A model generated the notes under the pieces. It saw only the letters and a list, made by a program, of their open reading frames with translations, ran no database searches and was not told the origin of the DNA. This document shows, in pieces, positions 1 to 13,035 of a DNA stretch of 64,000 bases (position 1 is the stretch's first letter; every line of letters starts with the position of its first letter). Position numbers and translations under genes: made by a program. The stretch lies in the NCBI RefSeq assembly GCF_006345805.1, contig NC_043009.1, forward strand, positions 55,552,001 to 55,616,000, read 5' to 3'. The DNA comes from Octopus sinensis (taxonomy: Eukaryota).

Positions 1-615
1 CCTTTCCTCTGATGCAACTAGGAATTCCAGCTGTCTGAATTTGATATGGTGGTGGAATGACATTTGAACACTCCAAACAGTGTAGCAAGACATGAGATAA
101 AATGATCAGAATTATATAAAGTAGCTGAAAATGAGGGTTAATAATAGCAGAAGAATAGGCAAGTCAAAGAGAGGAAGTGAAATAGCATTGATACAATTTT
201 TTTTTAAATGTAGTACAAACATATATGAGACTTGATTAACGAACTAATGAAATTTCAAAGATGAAATAATAAAGGGGGCAGTGTTCTGACAGTTGACAAC
301 TGATATGAGTAGGTTATACTTCAACAATTCTAGGTGTGTAAAAATGCTTCCAAAAGTCATGGGTGCTCTGCGGTTTATTAATTTTATAAGCATGTCCACG
401 AGAGGTAGAGTTATTGAATTAAAAAATGTAGCCAAAGTTATTGTTGGAAAAATGGTAGAATAATCTTGCTGGATTCTACCAAGTTACCAGCAGCTAGACA
501 TTGAAACTTTAAATGTTACAAAGCCAAGAGAAACAAGACTCTCAAGATATGGTAAGAACATATTTGATTGCATGTTTCTGGTCAGCTTCCAGTAGTTTGC
601 TATTCTGGACAAGAT

Positions 616-1127
616 CTTCTTCTTAATCCTTTTTCCCCTTGTGGATCATAGGGCCTCAACAGTTGTTTTCCACTTTTTGCAGTCATTGGTGTGTTTCTTG
701 ACTGCTTCCCATGTCAGGCCAGTGGTCCTGAGCTTGTCCAAAATGCTCCACTTCCATGTCTGCTTCGGGTGTCCTCGCTTCCTTTTACCCTGTGGGTTCC
801 AGTCAAGTGCTTGTCGTGTCACATTTGAGGATTCTTTCCTCAGTGTGTGTCCAATCCATCTCCATTTCCTTCGTCTAATCTGAACATGTATGGGCTCCTG
901 GTTGACCCTTTTCCACAGGTTGGTGTTTGGCACTCTTTCAAACCATTTCAGATGGAGGATCTGCTGGAGACATTTATTGATGAAGGTCTGGATCTTCTTG
1001 TAGTTACTGTAGGTGGCTCTCCATGTTTCAGAGCCATACTAAAGCACAGATTTTACGTTTGAACTAAATAATTGTCAGTCTGATCAATAACTGTCAGTCT
1101 GATCAATAATTGTCAGTCTAATCTTAG
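616..1127 (-). mobile_element. 5'-truncated RTE-clade LINE with 14-bp TSD
   Basis: NVKSVL*YGSETW...RRRKWRWIGHTLRK...WNPQGKRKRGHPKQTW with an (AAG)n tail. TSD attctggacaagat at 602-615 and 1128-1141. Confidence 0.92.
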
Positions 1128-2545
1128 ATTCTGGACAAGATGGAGGTGCCAAACTGGAGATGTAAGTTGTAAATGTGGATGTAAAAATTACAGGTATTAT
1201 AACCCCAACCTTTCAATGCCTTTGGCTTTATAAAATAATTATCGAACTGTATAAACATATAGGCTGGTTACTCATTAGAGATATAGTCATAAACACCAAA
1301 TACTTTTTATTAGCCCACGTATAATGTTTTTAAAGTCTATATGTATCATCACCATCATTGTCATCATCATTTAACGTCTGCTGGATGGTTTGTCAGGAGC
1401 TGGTTGTGCTGGAGCCTGCACTGGGCTTCTGTGTCTGTTTTGGCCCGGTTTTTACAGCTGGATGCTGGATGCCCTTCCAATATGCATATGCTTCAGAGTA
1501 AAGTATTCAACAAGTACGGAGCATAATATGAAATTAAATAAATGACAAGGGAACAGGGATTATGCAATTCACTTCATTAGCTTACAGCTGTTTCTGCTAT
1601 ATGTATCAACACTCTACAAAGTATTACTCGTTGATAAATAGATATTATACAACAACAATAGATTATGATAAAAAGAAATATTTAAACAGCTGTAGTTATG
1701 AACAAGAAGGTTATTATCAAAATATAATAATATTGAAATAGTTTAACGACAGAGTTTGATAACAGTTAAATAAGAGGAAGATGTAATTAGAATAAAATAT
1801 ACTGTAATAACAGCATTAGTGGAGTATTATGGTGGATTGCCAGTTAAATGACAACATGAATTTTTTAAATGTTAAAGGTGAAAATAGATAGATTCTCAAG
1901 AGAGAGGGAGAGTGAGTGAGAGAGAGAGAGAGAAAGAGAGAAAGAGAGAAAGAGAGAGAGAGAAAGAGAGAGAGATGGATAAATAAATTGATAGAGAAAG
2001 AGAGGTGGGAGGAATTGTCAGTCTGATCTGAGAGTTTAATTCTGAAAAAAAAAAGAAGAAAATCAATAAAAATTTAGAGGAAAAGTTTACTATTGCACTT
2101 CACATTATCATTTCTTGACACTGGAAACAGATATTAAGTTCACTAGAAAAGTGAGCAATTACAACTCAATTTGTTCTCACTGCCACTGTCAGTTTGCTTT
2201 ATTTAGCAGTTGGTGACAATGTACTTTATATAGCAACATAGAATTAGGGGGAAAATTTCCATTACCAGTAAAGAAGTCTTCTCTTGAGAATTTCCATCCT
2301 GGTGTGGAACAATTTTCTGTGGTCTTTGTCGCTAAAACAATGATGACTTCAGTCAATCAGATAACGATGGTGAAACGGTTGCTGGATCATATGTGCATAT
2401 GCATGTGTGAGGAAGAAGGAGGAGAAGAATAAGGCAAAAGAGAATGGGAGAGGGGACATTGAGGGGAAGAGAGAAAGAGAGTAAGAGAGAGAGAAAGAGA
2501 AAGTAAGAGAGAGAGAGGGGGAAAGTAAGAGAGCGAGAGAGAGAG

Positions 2546-2685
2546 AAAGCAAAAAGCAAGGCCATGTAGGGGCACATGGAGTTATGTACAGGGAGGGTGT
2601 TCATGCAAAGAGTTCAGGCCATATCTGGTCAAGAGAGACTTTGAACCGAGCAGTCGTCAGCATCTTCACTATCTTGTCCGGCAGT
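2546..2685 (-). mobile_element. CR1-type LINE 3' end fragment
   Basis: Reverse-complement match to the 3' end of the CR1 copy at about 31300-31450 (tctcttgaccagatatggcctgaactcttt...ccttgctttttgc). Confidence 0.8.
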
Positions 2686-3182
2686 GTTCCTCCTTCACTC
2701 TAGGAATCTTTATTATAGGCATATAGCCCGAATAGAGAGGGGACATAACAAGGACAGACAACACAAAACATGGGGTACATATAACGAAAGATAATTATGA
2801 AATGAAATATTTACAATGAATAGAATGGAATGGCTTACGAGCCCCACCACAAAGCTCGCAGTTTCATTTTTACTGTTTATGAATACAATTGAAATTATCT
2901 GGTGTATCCGTCCGTTATGTACTCTAGCAATTGCTCCTGCTCCATTCCTCATTCGCTCTAATCTGAGCCTATGCTATATGTTTTGTAACAATAATGTCTC
3001 CAAAACTAATTTCGCTACGGTATTTGTGTTCTGCCCAAAATCAATGGATGTTTGGTGAAAAAGAAATGATACTTTATTCCTTTCATCAGTTACCTGCATC
3101 AGTCATTGGACTCAGCCATGCTGGAGCTTTGCCTTGAAGTGTTTAGTTGAACATATCAATCCCCGTATTCTTTTTTTTTTGT

Positions 3183-3495
3183 TCTTTTACTTATTTTCAG
3201 TCATTTGATTGCGGCCATGCTGGAGCACCACCTTGAGAGATTTTAGATAAACAAATCAACCCCAGGACTTATTTTTTAAGCCTAGTACTTATTCTATCGG
3301 TTTCTTTTGCTGAACTGCTAAGTTACAGGGATGTAACATTCCAACACCAATTGTCAAGTTGTGATGGGGGAACAGACACAGATACAAAGACACATGCACA
3401 CATAGATATATATACATAAATACATACATACATACATACATACACACACACACATACATACATACATAATACATACATACATATACATACATACA

Positions 3496-3527
<32 letters not shown>

Positions 3528-3579
3528 TACATAAATACATACATACATACATACCTACATACATACATACATAAATACA

Positions 3580-3613
<34 letters not shown>

Positions 3614-3667
3614 CACACACACACACACACATACATAAATACATACATACATACATACATACATACA

Positions 3668-3701
<34 letters not shown>

Positions 3702-3893
3702 CATACATACATACATACATAATGGGGTTTTTATCTGCCACAATTCACTTAGTAAAATGTAGCTCAATTCATTTGAGATTACAGCAAAAAACCTTGCCCA
3801 AGGTATCACAAAGTAAGATTAACACCTAAAAACCACGTGAGTTACAAAAAAAATCCACTTAACTTCTTAACTATACAGTCATACCTGCTTACA
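3183..3893 (-). mobile_element. tRNA-head SINE family A, degenerate, with a ~300-bp internal (CATA/CA)n expansion
   Basis: Shares the cagtcatttgactgcggccatgctggagcacc tail and ttgcccaagg body with 54799-55197. Confidence 0.8.
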
Positions 3894-4479
3894 ACTTGTT
3901 ACTGTTAATATAAATCATATCATTTCATTTTTTTTTAAAATAACAAAGACAAGAACAAACAAGTCTTGAAATTCATTTGATCTGAGAAAATTATATATAT
4001 ATGTAAAAAGAAAAAGAGAAATGGAAAAGGTACTTACATGGAATAAAATGTGAATTATAATGACTAAATCATAGCCAACTTTGAGCTATGAGTGGGTGGC
4101 TGAAGAGAGCTGGGGAAGGGCCTGGCAGAGGGTAATGTCACATGTACCAAAACATAGGATCTGAACTTTGAACCAAATATCATCAGAACTGAACAGAAAA
4201 CAGCATGACAGTCTTTTTTAATAACAAGAAGTTTATTTTGACAAAGAATAGTTTTTTTGTTTTTTTTTTACAACAGAAAACTGAGGTGGATGAGGTGGTG
4301 GTGGTGGTGGATGAGGTGGTGGTGGTGTGGTGTAATTGTGGGATAATAAATATATGTGTGTGTGTGTGATGGTACAGATGGCATGGTGGTGTTGTAGAAG
4401 TGGTGTAGTATGATTTGATGGTGGGGGAGGAGGAAGTAGCAATGGTGGTGTGGTGTCGATGGTATGGTGATAGTGGTGG

Positions 4480-4990
4480 TGGTGGTGATAGTAGAGGGTG
4501 CAGAGGTGTAGGTGGTAGAGGTGATGGTGGTGGTGGTGGTGATAGTAGAGGGTGCAGAGGTGTAGGTGGTAGAGGTGATGGTGGTGGTGGTGATAGTAGA
4601 GGGTGCAGAGGTGTAGTTGGTAGAGGTGATGGTGATAGTGGTGGTGGTGATAGTAGAGGGTGCAGAGGTGTAGGTGGTAGAGGTGATGGTGGTGGTGGTG
4701 GTGATAGTAGAGGGTGCAGAGGTGTAGGTGGTAGAGGTGTAGGTGGTAGAGGTGATGGTGGTGGTGGTGGTGATAGTAAAGGGTGCAGAGGTGTAGGTGG
4801 TAGAGGTGATGGTGATAGTGGTGGTGATAGTAGAGGGTGCAGAGGTGTAGGTGGTAGAGGTGATGGTGGTGGTGGTGATAGTAGAGGGTGCAGAGGTGTA
4901 GGTGGTAGAGGTGATGGTGGTGGTGGTGATAGTAGAGGGTGCAGAGGTGTAGGTGGTAGAGGTAATGGTGGTGGTGGTGGTGGTGGTGGT
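4480..4990. repeat. G-rich minisatellite, ~39-48 bp unit gatagtagagggtgcagaggtgtaggtggtagaggtgat(ggt)n
   Basis: About a dozen visible copies; it generates the 211-aa and 278-aa repeat ORFs. Confidence 0.95.
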
Positions 4991-5124
4991 ATTAAATGGT
5001 CACATGGTAGTATGGTCATATGGTGTGATGTAGCAGTATGTCGCTGTTGACATGTTATGATGCAATTTGTATTGTAACTTGCAAAGGTTACATACAGGCT
5101 TGTGTCCTGTACTTACTGATTTAA

Positions 5125-5330
5125 TCCTTTAGCATTTAAACAGGCCATTTTCAGCCAAAACTCAAAACTCATCCCTGTTTTATGTCAAAACTGGCCAGGT
5201 CTGGCTTCTCACACCTACCCTACAATGTCATTCTAAAAAGTGAACAATCACTACACTGAATTTTCAAAGCTTCAAGACAACTTCAATAAATTAGTATAAC
5301 ATCTAACAGCATAATTTGAATGCTAAAGGG
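5125..5330. mobile_element. piggyBac-type MITE (TTAA-CCCTTTAGCATT termini), degenerate copy
   Basis: ttaa|tcctttagcatt ... aatgctaaaggg|ttca. Same family as 50323-50527. Confidence 0.8.
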
Positions 5331-5489
5331 TTCAGCACTTCCTTTCCTTTGGAGCAGTGAGCATCAACACCTTTTTCCTACTGTTCTTGACTCTAATCAG
5401 TCTTTTCAGCTTTTTTTCCAGTTTGGTCCCTGTGACTTTATCTCTGCCTCCTTAAGGGAAGGCCTTCCTCTCCCAGGTCTTATATTACT

Positions 5490-5694
5490 GCCTGACTGGC
5501 CCCTGTGCCGGTGGCACGTAAAAGCACCCACTACACTCTCGGAGTGGTTGGCATTAGGAAGGGCATCCAGCTGTAGAAACTCTGCCAGATCAGATTGGAG
5601 TCTGGTGCAGGCATCTGGTTCACCAGACCTCAGTGAAATCGTCCAACCCATGCTAGCATGGAAAGCGGTTGTTAAACAATGATGATGATGATGA
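5490..5694 (+). mobile_element. SINE family E with (GAT)n tail
   Basis: ggtggcacgtaaaagcacc...ggaagggcatccagctgtagaaac...gttaaacaatgatgatgat. Other copies at about 33255, 45225 and 30245 (+), and about 25020 and 62650 (-). Confidence 0.85.
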
Positions 5695-6051
5695 CCCTAG
5701 AATTTTGCTTTTTTCTAGTTTGGGGTCCTGGACCAACACAAGCCCACTTTAATCTCTCGGAACAGCTGGTCCATATTATCCTGGCCTCTATCCTTTGAAC
5801 TTGTCTAGCATGGGAGGCTCTATTGGGGGCTTGTACTCTACTTGCATAGTTCTCTGGGTCACTGAGGCACATAAACTACCACATTTCAACAAGGACTAGA
5901 CCTTGTGGTGGTTATTTCCTGTATTGAGAAATAAGATAAGAGCATTAGGAGATAGTATAAAACATCCTTTGTAACAAATATGAAAAACTACAACTGATTA
6001 TTAATGTTATCATTCTCATCATTGTCGTCATTGTTGGTATCATCGTTTTTG

Positions 6052-6079
<28 letters not shown>

Positions 6080-6083
<4 letters not shown>

Positions 6084-6349
6084 GTCACTGTTTTCATGTC
6101 TGACCATAACTAAGTGTTTGAGTCCTTTCATGAGCAATGTCGATAGAGGATTGAGAAGTTGTTATCATCATCATTGTCATTGTCGTCGTCATCGTCATCA
6201 TCATCATCATTATCATCATCATCATCATCATCATCAACATCATCGTCACTGTTTTCATGTCTGACCATAACTAAGTGTTTGAGTCCTTTCATGAGCAATG
6301 TCGATAGAGGATTGAGAAGTTGTTATCATCATCATTGTCATTGTCGTCG

Positions 6350-6380
<31 letters not shown>
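6080..6380. repeat. Local tandem duplication, period ~161 bp, within (CAT)n
   Basis: atcgtcactgttttcatgtctgacc... starts at both 6081 and 6242. Confidence 0.9.
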
Positions 6381-6711
6381 TGTTTTAACATCCAATTTCA
6401 CATGCTTGCATGGTTAGTCATTGACACTTTGCTTTCCCCCCACCAACATATTTTGGAGGTTGTTAGGCAGATTAAACGACTAGAGACATAGGTTAGAAGA
6501 GATAAGCTCCCCGGCCAAAGCTGTTTACCTTGGAAATAAATCAACATAGACACAGGTTGGTTTTATTCTTAAGAAGTTTGCTTCCCAACTGCATGATTTT
6601 GCGTTCAGCCCTTGGCCAACAAAAGCCTTGTGAGTGAATTTGGCAGATGGAACTAGATAGAGGCTCATCACATATATGTGTGTGGTGTGTGTATCACTCA
6701 CTCTCTATTTC

Positions 6712-6742
<31 letters not shown>

Positions 6743-6784
6743 ATATATAGATATATATATATATATATCAATTATATATAAATA

Positions 6785-7396
<612 letters not shown>

Positions 7397-7511
7397 AGTT
7401 AATAATATTTATCATACTAGAGCTGCTTTTATTTCGTATATAATATATGCCCCAGCATGGCCACAGCTCGTGAGCTGAAACTAGATAAAATAAAATAAAA
7501 AATAAAATAAA

Positions 7512-7725
7512 TATGTATTTCTTTATTGCCCACAAGGAGCTAAACACAGAGGGGACAAACAAGGACAGACAAAGGGATTAAGTCGATTACATCGACCCCA
7601 GTGTGTAACTGGTACTTAATTTATCGACCCCGAAAGGATGAAAGGCAAAGTCGACCTCGGCGGAATTTGAACTCGGAACATAACGGCCGACGAAATACGG
7701 CTACGCACTTCGCCCGGCGTGCTAA
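7512..7725 (-). mobile_element. SINE family B
   Basis: Reverse complement of gagttcaaattccgccgaggtcgactttgcctttcatcctttcggggtcga. Many copies (about 20305-20700, 21590, 47030, 48230-49040). Confidence 0.85.
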
Positions 7726-8084
7726 TATGTGTTTATATAAACAGCCGCAACCACACACATACACACATATGCACATACACATGCTATCATTACATACACA
7801 CACACACACAGACCTGCGTGCACGGACATAACCCCCCCACACACACACACCCACACACACATACCTCCTTCTCTTGCACTCTCCTGTCTTAGAAATAACT
7901 TTTTCTTTACCCATTCCCTTCCAGTCATTTCTATATGTGAGAGCAGACAAGTATACAAACCAAACTGAAAACAATTGTGCTTTGAATTTTGTAACATCTG
8001 GTTGATGGAAGTCATTACTCAAGGTCAATGTCTCACTCACTCACTCCCTCTGTCATTCCCTCTCTCCCTTTCTTTCCCTCTCTT

Positions 8085-8360
8085 TCTTCCCCTCTCTCCC
8101 CTTTGTTTCTCTCTCTCTCTCTCCCTCCCCTTTTGTTTCTCTCCCCTTCTCTGTCTCTGTCCGTTTGTCTGTCTGTCTGTCTCTGTCTGTTTGTCTGTCT
8201 GTCTGCCTGCCTGCCTACCTCTCTCTCCCCTTTTGTTTCTCTCTCTCTCTCTCTCCCTCCCCTTTTGTTTCTCTCCCCTTCTCTGTCTCTGTCCATTTGT
8301 CTGTCTGTCTGTCTCTGTCTGTTTGTCTGTCTGTCTGCCTGCCTGCCTGTCTCTCTCTCT
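8085..8360. repeat. CT-rich low-complexity tract with a ~130-bp duplication
   Basis: The same ccttttgtttctctccccttctctgtctctgtcc block occurs twice. Confidence 0.85.
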
Positions 8361-8666
8361 CTCCCCTTCCCCCACCCCTCTCTCATTCTCTTCCTCTTTC
8401 TTTCTGACTTGATTGTGGTTTGATGGCAATACATGACATATTACAAAACTTTGCTTTATTTAGAATAGTAATTAATTGTTTCTGATTTAGGCACAAGGCC
8501 GGCAATATTGAGGAGAGTTCATGGGTGGGGGGTAAGCGATTGCATTAAGTTCCAGTACTTGACTGATATTTTGTTTCTTTTTGACCTTAGAAGAATGAAA
8601 ACCAGAGTGGACCTCAGTGGGATTAGAACATACAATATTCTAACAATGCTATCAATCAACTGCCCT

Positions 8667-8706
<40 letters not shown>

Positions 8707-8711
8707 TTAAT

Positions 8712-9102
8712 AATGGATGGAAGCACTCCATCGGTTACGATGATGAGGGTTCCAGTTGATCCGAATCAACGGAACAGCCTGCTCGTGAAATTAACGTGTA
8801 AGTGGATGAGCACTCCACAGACATGTGCACACTTAACGTAGTTCTCGGGGATATTCAGCGTGACTCAGAGAGTGACAAGGTCGGCCCCTTGAAATACAGG
8901 TACAACAGAAACAGGAAGTAAGAGTGAGAGAAAGTTGTGGTGAAAGAGTACAGCAGGGATCACCACCATCCCCTGCCGGAGCCTTGTGGATTTTTAGGTG
9001 TTTTTGCTCAATAAACACTCACAACGCCCGGTCTGGGAATCGAAATCGCGATCCTATGACCGCAAGTCCGCTGCCCTAACCACTGTGCCATTGCGCCTCC
9101 AC
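8712..9102 (-). mobile_element. tRNA-head SINE family C, full length
   Basis: Reverse complement begins gtggaggcgcaatggcacagtggttagggcagcggacttgcggtcataggatcgcgatttcgattccc (A and B boxes). Copies at about 12010, 24608, 37347 and 54430. Confidence 0.88.
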
Positions 9103-9173
9103 AATAATAATAATAATAAAATAATAATAATATAATAATAATAATAATAATAATAATGATAATAATAATAATA

Positions 9174-9731
9174 AATGCCCTGATGCAGTACCAGGTAGTG
9201 GCTCTCGTGGCTTCTGATCTTAACTGATTGGAAGTGTTATCATGTACATTGTTTTGTCTTGGTATAAAAGACAGGCTACAGCAAATATTCTGCTCAATAC
9301 CACAGATTTGCTTGTCAGTTGCTTGATCTTAACCAGTTGAGCATGTCCCTTAGTAGCTGACGATATGTGCATCTCTGATCATGAGCAGAAGTAGTGGGGG
9401 AGCATCATAGCCATGTGTTGAGAGGGATTCTTTGGGGTTTGAATAATTCACCTCTGGAAACATGGGTGGTTCATTCAACATCCTTAAACAATCCTTATTC
9501 AAGGATCTTTTGAGCAGGATGGGCTACTCAACCAGAAGAAAATTCCAACTGGGCCCCACCTGCAAGGTCATGCACTGTTTATCTTGATATGAGATCACCA
9601 TGTCACACACATATGGTTGTGATGCATGTGCCTGGTGTACCCTTATCAGACGGGTAGTCATGATGGTTATACTGGGCTTCGTATATTTTCCCCCAGTGTC
9701 ACTTTGATGGCATGCACTGCTCTCTCACTCA
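9174..9731 (+). mobile_element. Non-coding ~560-bp interspersed element (family D) flanked by (AAT)n
   Basis: Closely similar copy at about 47697-48210, and a partial inverted copy at about 31735-31900. Confidence 0.85.
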
Positions 9732-9749
9732 ATAATAATAATAATAGAT

Positions 9750-10152
9750 ATAACAATTATAGATAAGGAAAAGTAGAGTTGCTTACTTATCAATCCATCA
9801 TGTCCATTTGATTCCAAGATTGTAAAGAAAGAGGAAGAGAAACAAAGAAAATACAATGCCTTAAAATTTGAAACAGGAAGAATTTAAGGCATGTGAACAG
9901 TAAAGGTCATGCCAATAATAATTGGTGTGTTGGGAACAGTAAGAAAAGCTGTAGACAAATGGCTGAAGGAGATTGAAACAGAATGTCTGGTAGAGTTCCT
10001 ACATAAAATTTCTTAGGGACAGCAAGGATTATCAGGAGGGTTCTAAGCACTTGAAAGACTGCTGAAAACTTGTGGATACCTAAGGTTACAGGTAGTAACC
10101 TGCTTCCCACATAAATCCTACCAGGAATAAGACCAAACTTGTGCCAAACCAA
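9750..10152 (+). mobile_element. RLE-type (R4/Dong-like) LINE 3' fragment with (AAT)n tail
   Basis: With frameshifts: ..PSCPFDSKIVKKEEEKQRKYNALKFE...VMPIIIGVLGTV...LGTARIIRRVL, the restriction-like endonuclease C-terminus. Confidence 0.82.
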
Positions 10153-10190
<38 letters not shown>

Positions 10191-11229
10191 AAATTGAAGT
10201 GAATTTCAATCTCTGAGCCTCATGCAATCATGTTTCAAAAACTGTCTTCATATAAGGAACTCAGAGATAGTGTTCACTCAAACATTTAGGCCAAACAGAT
10301 GGCTTCAAAAGTCAAAATAAAAAGCAAAATTACAAGTGAATACTGGACTGGTGGTGACTATATTGAAGTATTGTATGCATTCTGTACACCATCACTCAAC
10401 CCCAAACATACAAGCATCATGGAAGAGAAATATGAACTATAGAGGAAAAAGATAAAAGATGTAAGAAAAATATAACAGAAAAAATATAAAATATAAAAAT
10501 ATAACATGTATGAAAGTTTCTTTTCTGTGAGGCTAGAATATCCACAATTGAAATAGACAAATATGTTGGTACAACACATACTGAAAATAGAACAGAACTT
10601 TCAACCACAGTAAATGATAGACCACAAGCAAATGAAAATTGCACAGAACTTACTTTTCCCACCAAAATACAGAGGATCCTACAAAAGAAAAAAACACAGC
10701 ATAGGTAACTACATACACAATAGATAAGAAGCCAAACAAGATCTAAACTATTACAGAGCTGTCCACACAAGAAACACACAGTACAGTAAATCAAAAACAC
10801 ACAGAGAGATCACAGAGCTAGAAGCACAAAAGGCAGAGAACATACAAACATACAAGGAAATGCAGTAGAATAACAATACACCCTCAGCCCCCTCTACCAA
10901 TAGCAAATAGAACAACAATACACACTGGCACAGATCTGATAGAACTGATACTGAAGACAACTTGATTGAAACCATAAAAGAAAATAGAAGAGAACATCAC
11001 AAAATCAATAAACGTTTCAAACTACAAATGATTAACAGCTGTATGAAAGAATAAATAAATATAACGCCTTGCAGGAATATATGCTCGTGACATCAGACCA
11101 CTTGAATATTGACAGACTGAATGACTTGGTCTATTCTATAGCTAATATCAAGACAAATTGAGCTTGACCCTAACAAGAAACAGCCCCCAGCCAACCCAAG
11201 ACTTCAAAATGGAAAGATGATATAGTATA

Positions 11230-11890
11230 CAAAAACTGGAAAACAAAGGAATGACTTATCCTTATTGGGCAATATGCCAACACTTTGATGTGAAAACCTG
11301 AACAAGAAGTGGTACAAGCATGTACTGGACACATGACGAGGAGCTGGCCACAATGATCTGGGATATGCCTGTCCAAACTGACAGAGATCAAAGCAGACCC
11401 TTCGGACAATAATCAAAGACTGAAAAGCAAACACATGCACACTGACAGACATCCCATTTTCCTCTGATAAAAATATAACTGAAAAAGAAGTGGGAAAAAA
11501 ACTATCAAAATACAAGGACCTTGAAACTAAAATATTCAAGATATGATGCATGAGGATGCAAACAACACCTGTAGTAGCTGGAGTATTAAGTATGATTTGA
11601 AAAACATCCAACACCAGAGCTGAAGACACCTCTGAAAGGTGGGGGGGGGGGCGCCACATCAAAACAGTAGAGGAGTAGGGGCCGAAACCAGACGTGGTTC
11701 CTCCTGATGTCTTGAGCTAACTGGATCCTATAAAGGAGCTGTTGTGGTAGCAGACCACGAAACACGGTTGAAATTCCTCCTGTCAAGCGACATATAAGCC
11801 ATACCAAGACTCATAATACTACACACTACCCCCCCAAATATAGCACTGCTAGGAACAGCCCACATCTTATGTAAGACACTATTGATTCAA
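11230..11890 (+). mobile_element. RLE-type LINE endonuclease region, decayed (A-rich 10400-11230 is probably the same element)
   Basis: WDMPVQTDR..., DIPFSSDKNITEKEV..KLSKYKDLE, IALLGTAHILCKTL. Confidence 0.82.
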
Positions 11891-12751
11891 TAGAATAGCT
11901 CATTATTTTATAGAAAGCTCAAAGAGAACAATCTTTAGGCACAACACACCCTTATACATTAACAATCTAATAATCTAAAAACAACACAGCATGTTCTACA
12001 CAAGATTAACTGGCATTTTGTTGGTTACAATGGCAAGGGTTCCAGTTGACCCAATCAACAGAACTGCCTGCTTGTGAAATTAACGTGCAAGTGTCTGAGA
12101 ACTCCATAGACATGTATACCCTTACCGTATTTCTCAGGGAGATTCAGTGTGACAAGGCTGGCCCTTCGAAATACAGCTGAGTGGACTGGAGCAATGTGAA
12201 ATAAAATTTTTTGCTCAAGGACACAATGCACCACTGGGAATTGAACTCATAACCCTAAGATCGTGAGCCAAATACCTTAACCACTAAGCCATGCACCTTT
12301 ACATACAAGATTAAGACCCAATAAAATAATGCAACCTACACTATACAACAAAGCAAACAATATCATAACAAGAAGTAATAAACTAAACCCCATAACAAAA
12401 CAAACTATGCAGTACATCAACAGTAGGAGCCTTCACTTCTCCAATCACCACAAAAATAAAAATAGAAATAAACTAGCTATAAATTAAAAAGATATAATAA
12501 AGAATTCCACTTGTCAGCACTTATTTGACAATAATAGTTCACTTAAACATGTATTCAAATTTATAAATAATTCACTAACTCACAAAAAATACAAAGCTAA
12601 AACATCAATATTCTTTGGAAAATTATCAATTGGCTTTTGTGACAAAATTGAAAAATGTTGAACATTCCCTCCCTCCACCAAACACATCAAATGATATGTG
12701 TTTCCTTATATTTATTATTTCAAACAGTTACATTTTACATATTCTGGTGTG

Positions 12752-12898
12752 GTGCCTAATAATTTAACATACTCACCGGTAAAATTTCCACTTATTTCTT
12801 ATTTTTATTTTCCTAAAATTTTCATTGCGTCTTGCAACCTTTTCAATAGTCTTGTCTCTCAAGACTATTACCGGTGAGTGTGTTAAATTATAAGGCAC
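12752..12898. mobile_element. 147-bp MITE with ~31-bp TIRs
   Basis: gtgcctaataatttaacatactcaccggtaa ... ttaccggtgagtgtgttaaattataaggcac (2 mismatches). Confidence 0.85.
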
Positions 12899-13004
12899 AA
12901 AAAGAAAATGACTCTCCCCAGACCCAACAGAATATGCTTCAACACACACACTCATATAAAGAATCTTGCAAACCAAATCCAAAAACGAAACATTTTACAT
13001 AGTA

Positions 13005-13035
<31 letters not shown>

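Noticed and set aside
3289-3809. ORFs rich in [12 protein letters not shown] (also at 6.9-7.3, 15.4, 43.6-44.4 and 53.1 kb)
   Set aside because: These are translations of (CATA)n/(TA)n/(CA)n microsatellites, which lack stops in some frames.
4480-4990. CRISPR-like regular repeats
   Set aside because: No unique spacers, eukaryotic context and no cas genes.
7975-8434. Several 130-145-aa ORFs on both strands
   Set aside because: CT/GA low-complexity sequence plus a local duplication; no codon or domain signal.
8995-9102. tRNA-like sequences (also the heads at about 6785, 16195, 37347 and 55197)
   Set aside because: These are SINE heads with A/B boxes joined to repeat bodies; I saw no complete cloverleaf.
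11670-11720. ggccgaaac...ctgatg hammerhead-like string
   Set aside because: The core reads CUGAUGU rather than CUGANGA, and no stem I forms.
12773-12982. 69-aa minus ORF ending at a perfect GTGAGT donor
   Set aside because: The donor is part of the MITE TIR and is mirrored on the other strand.
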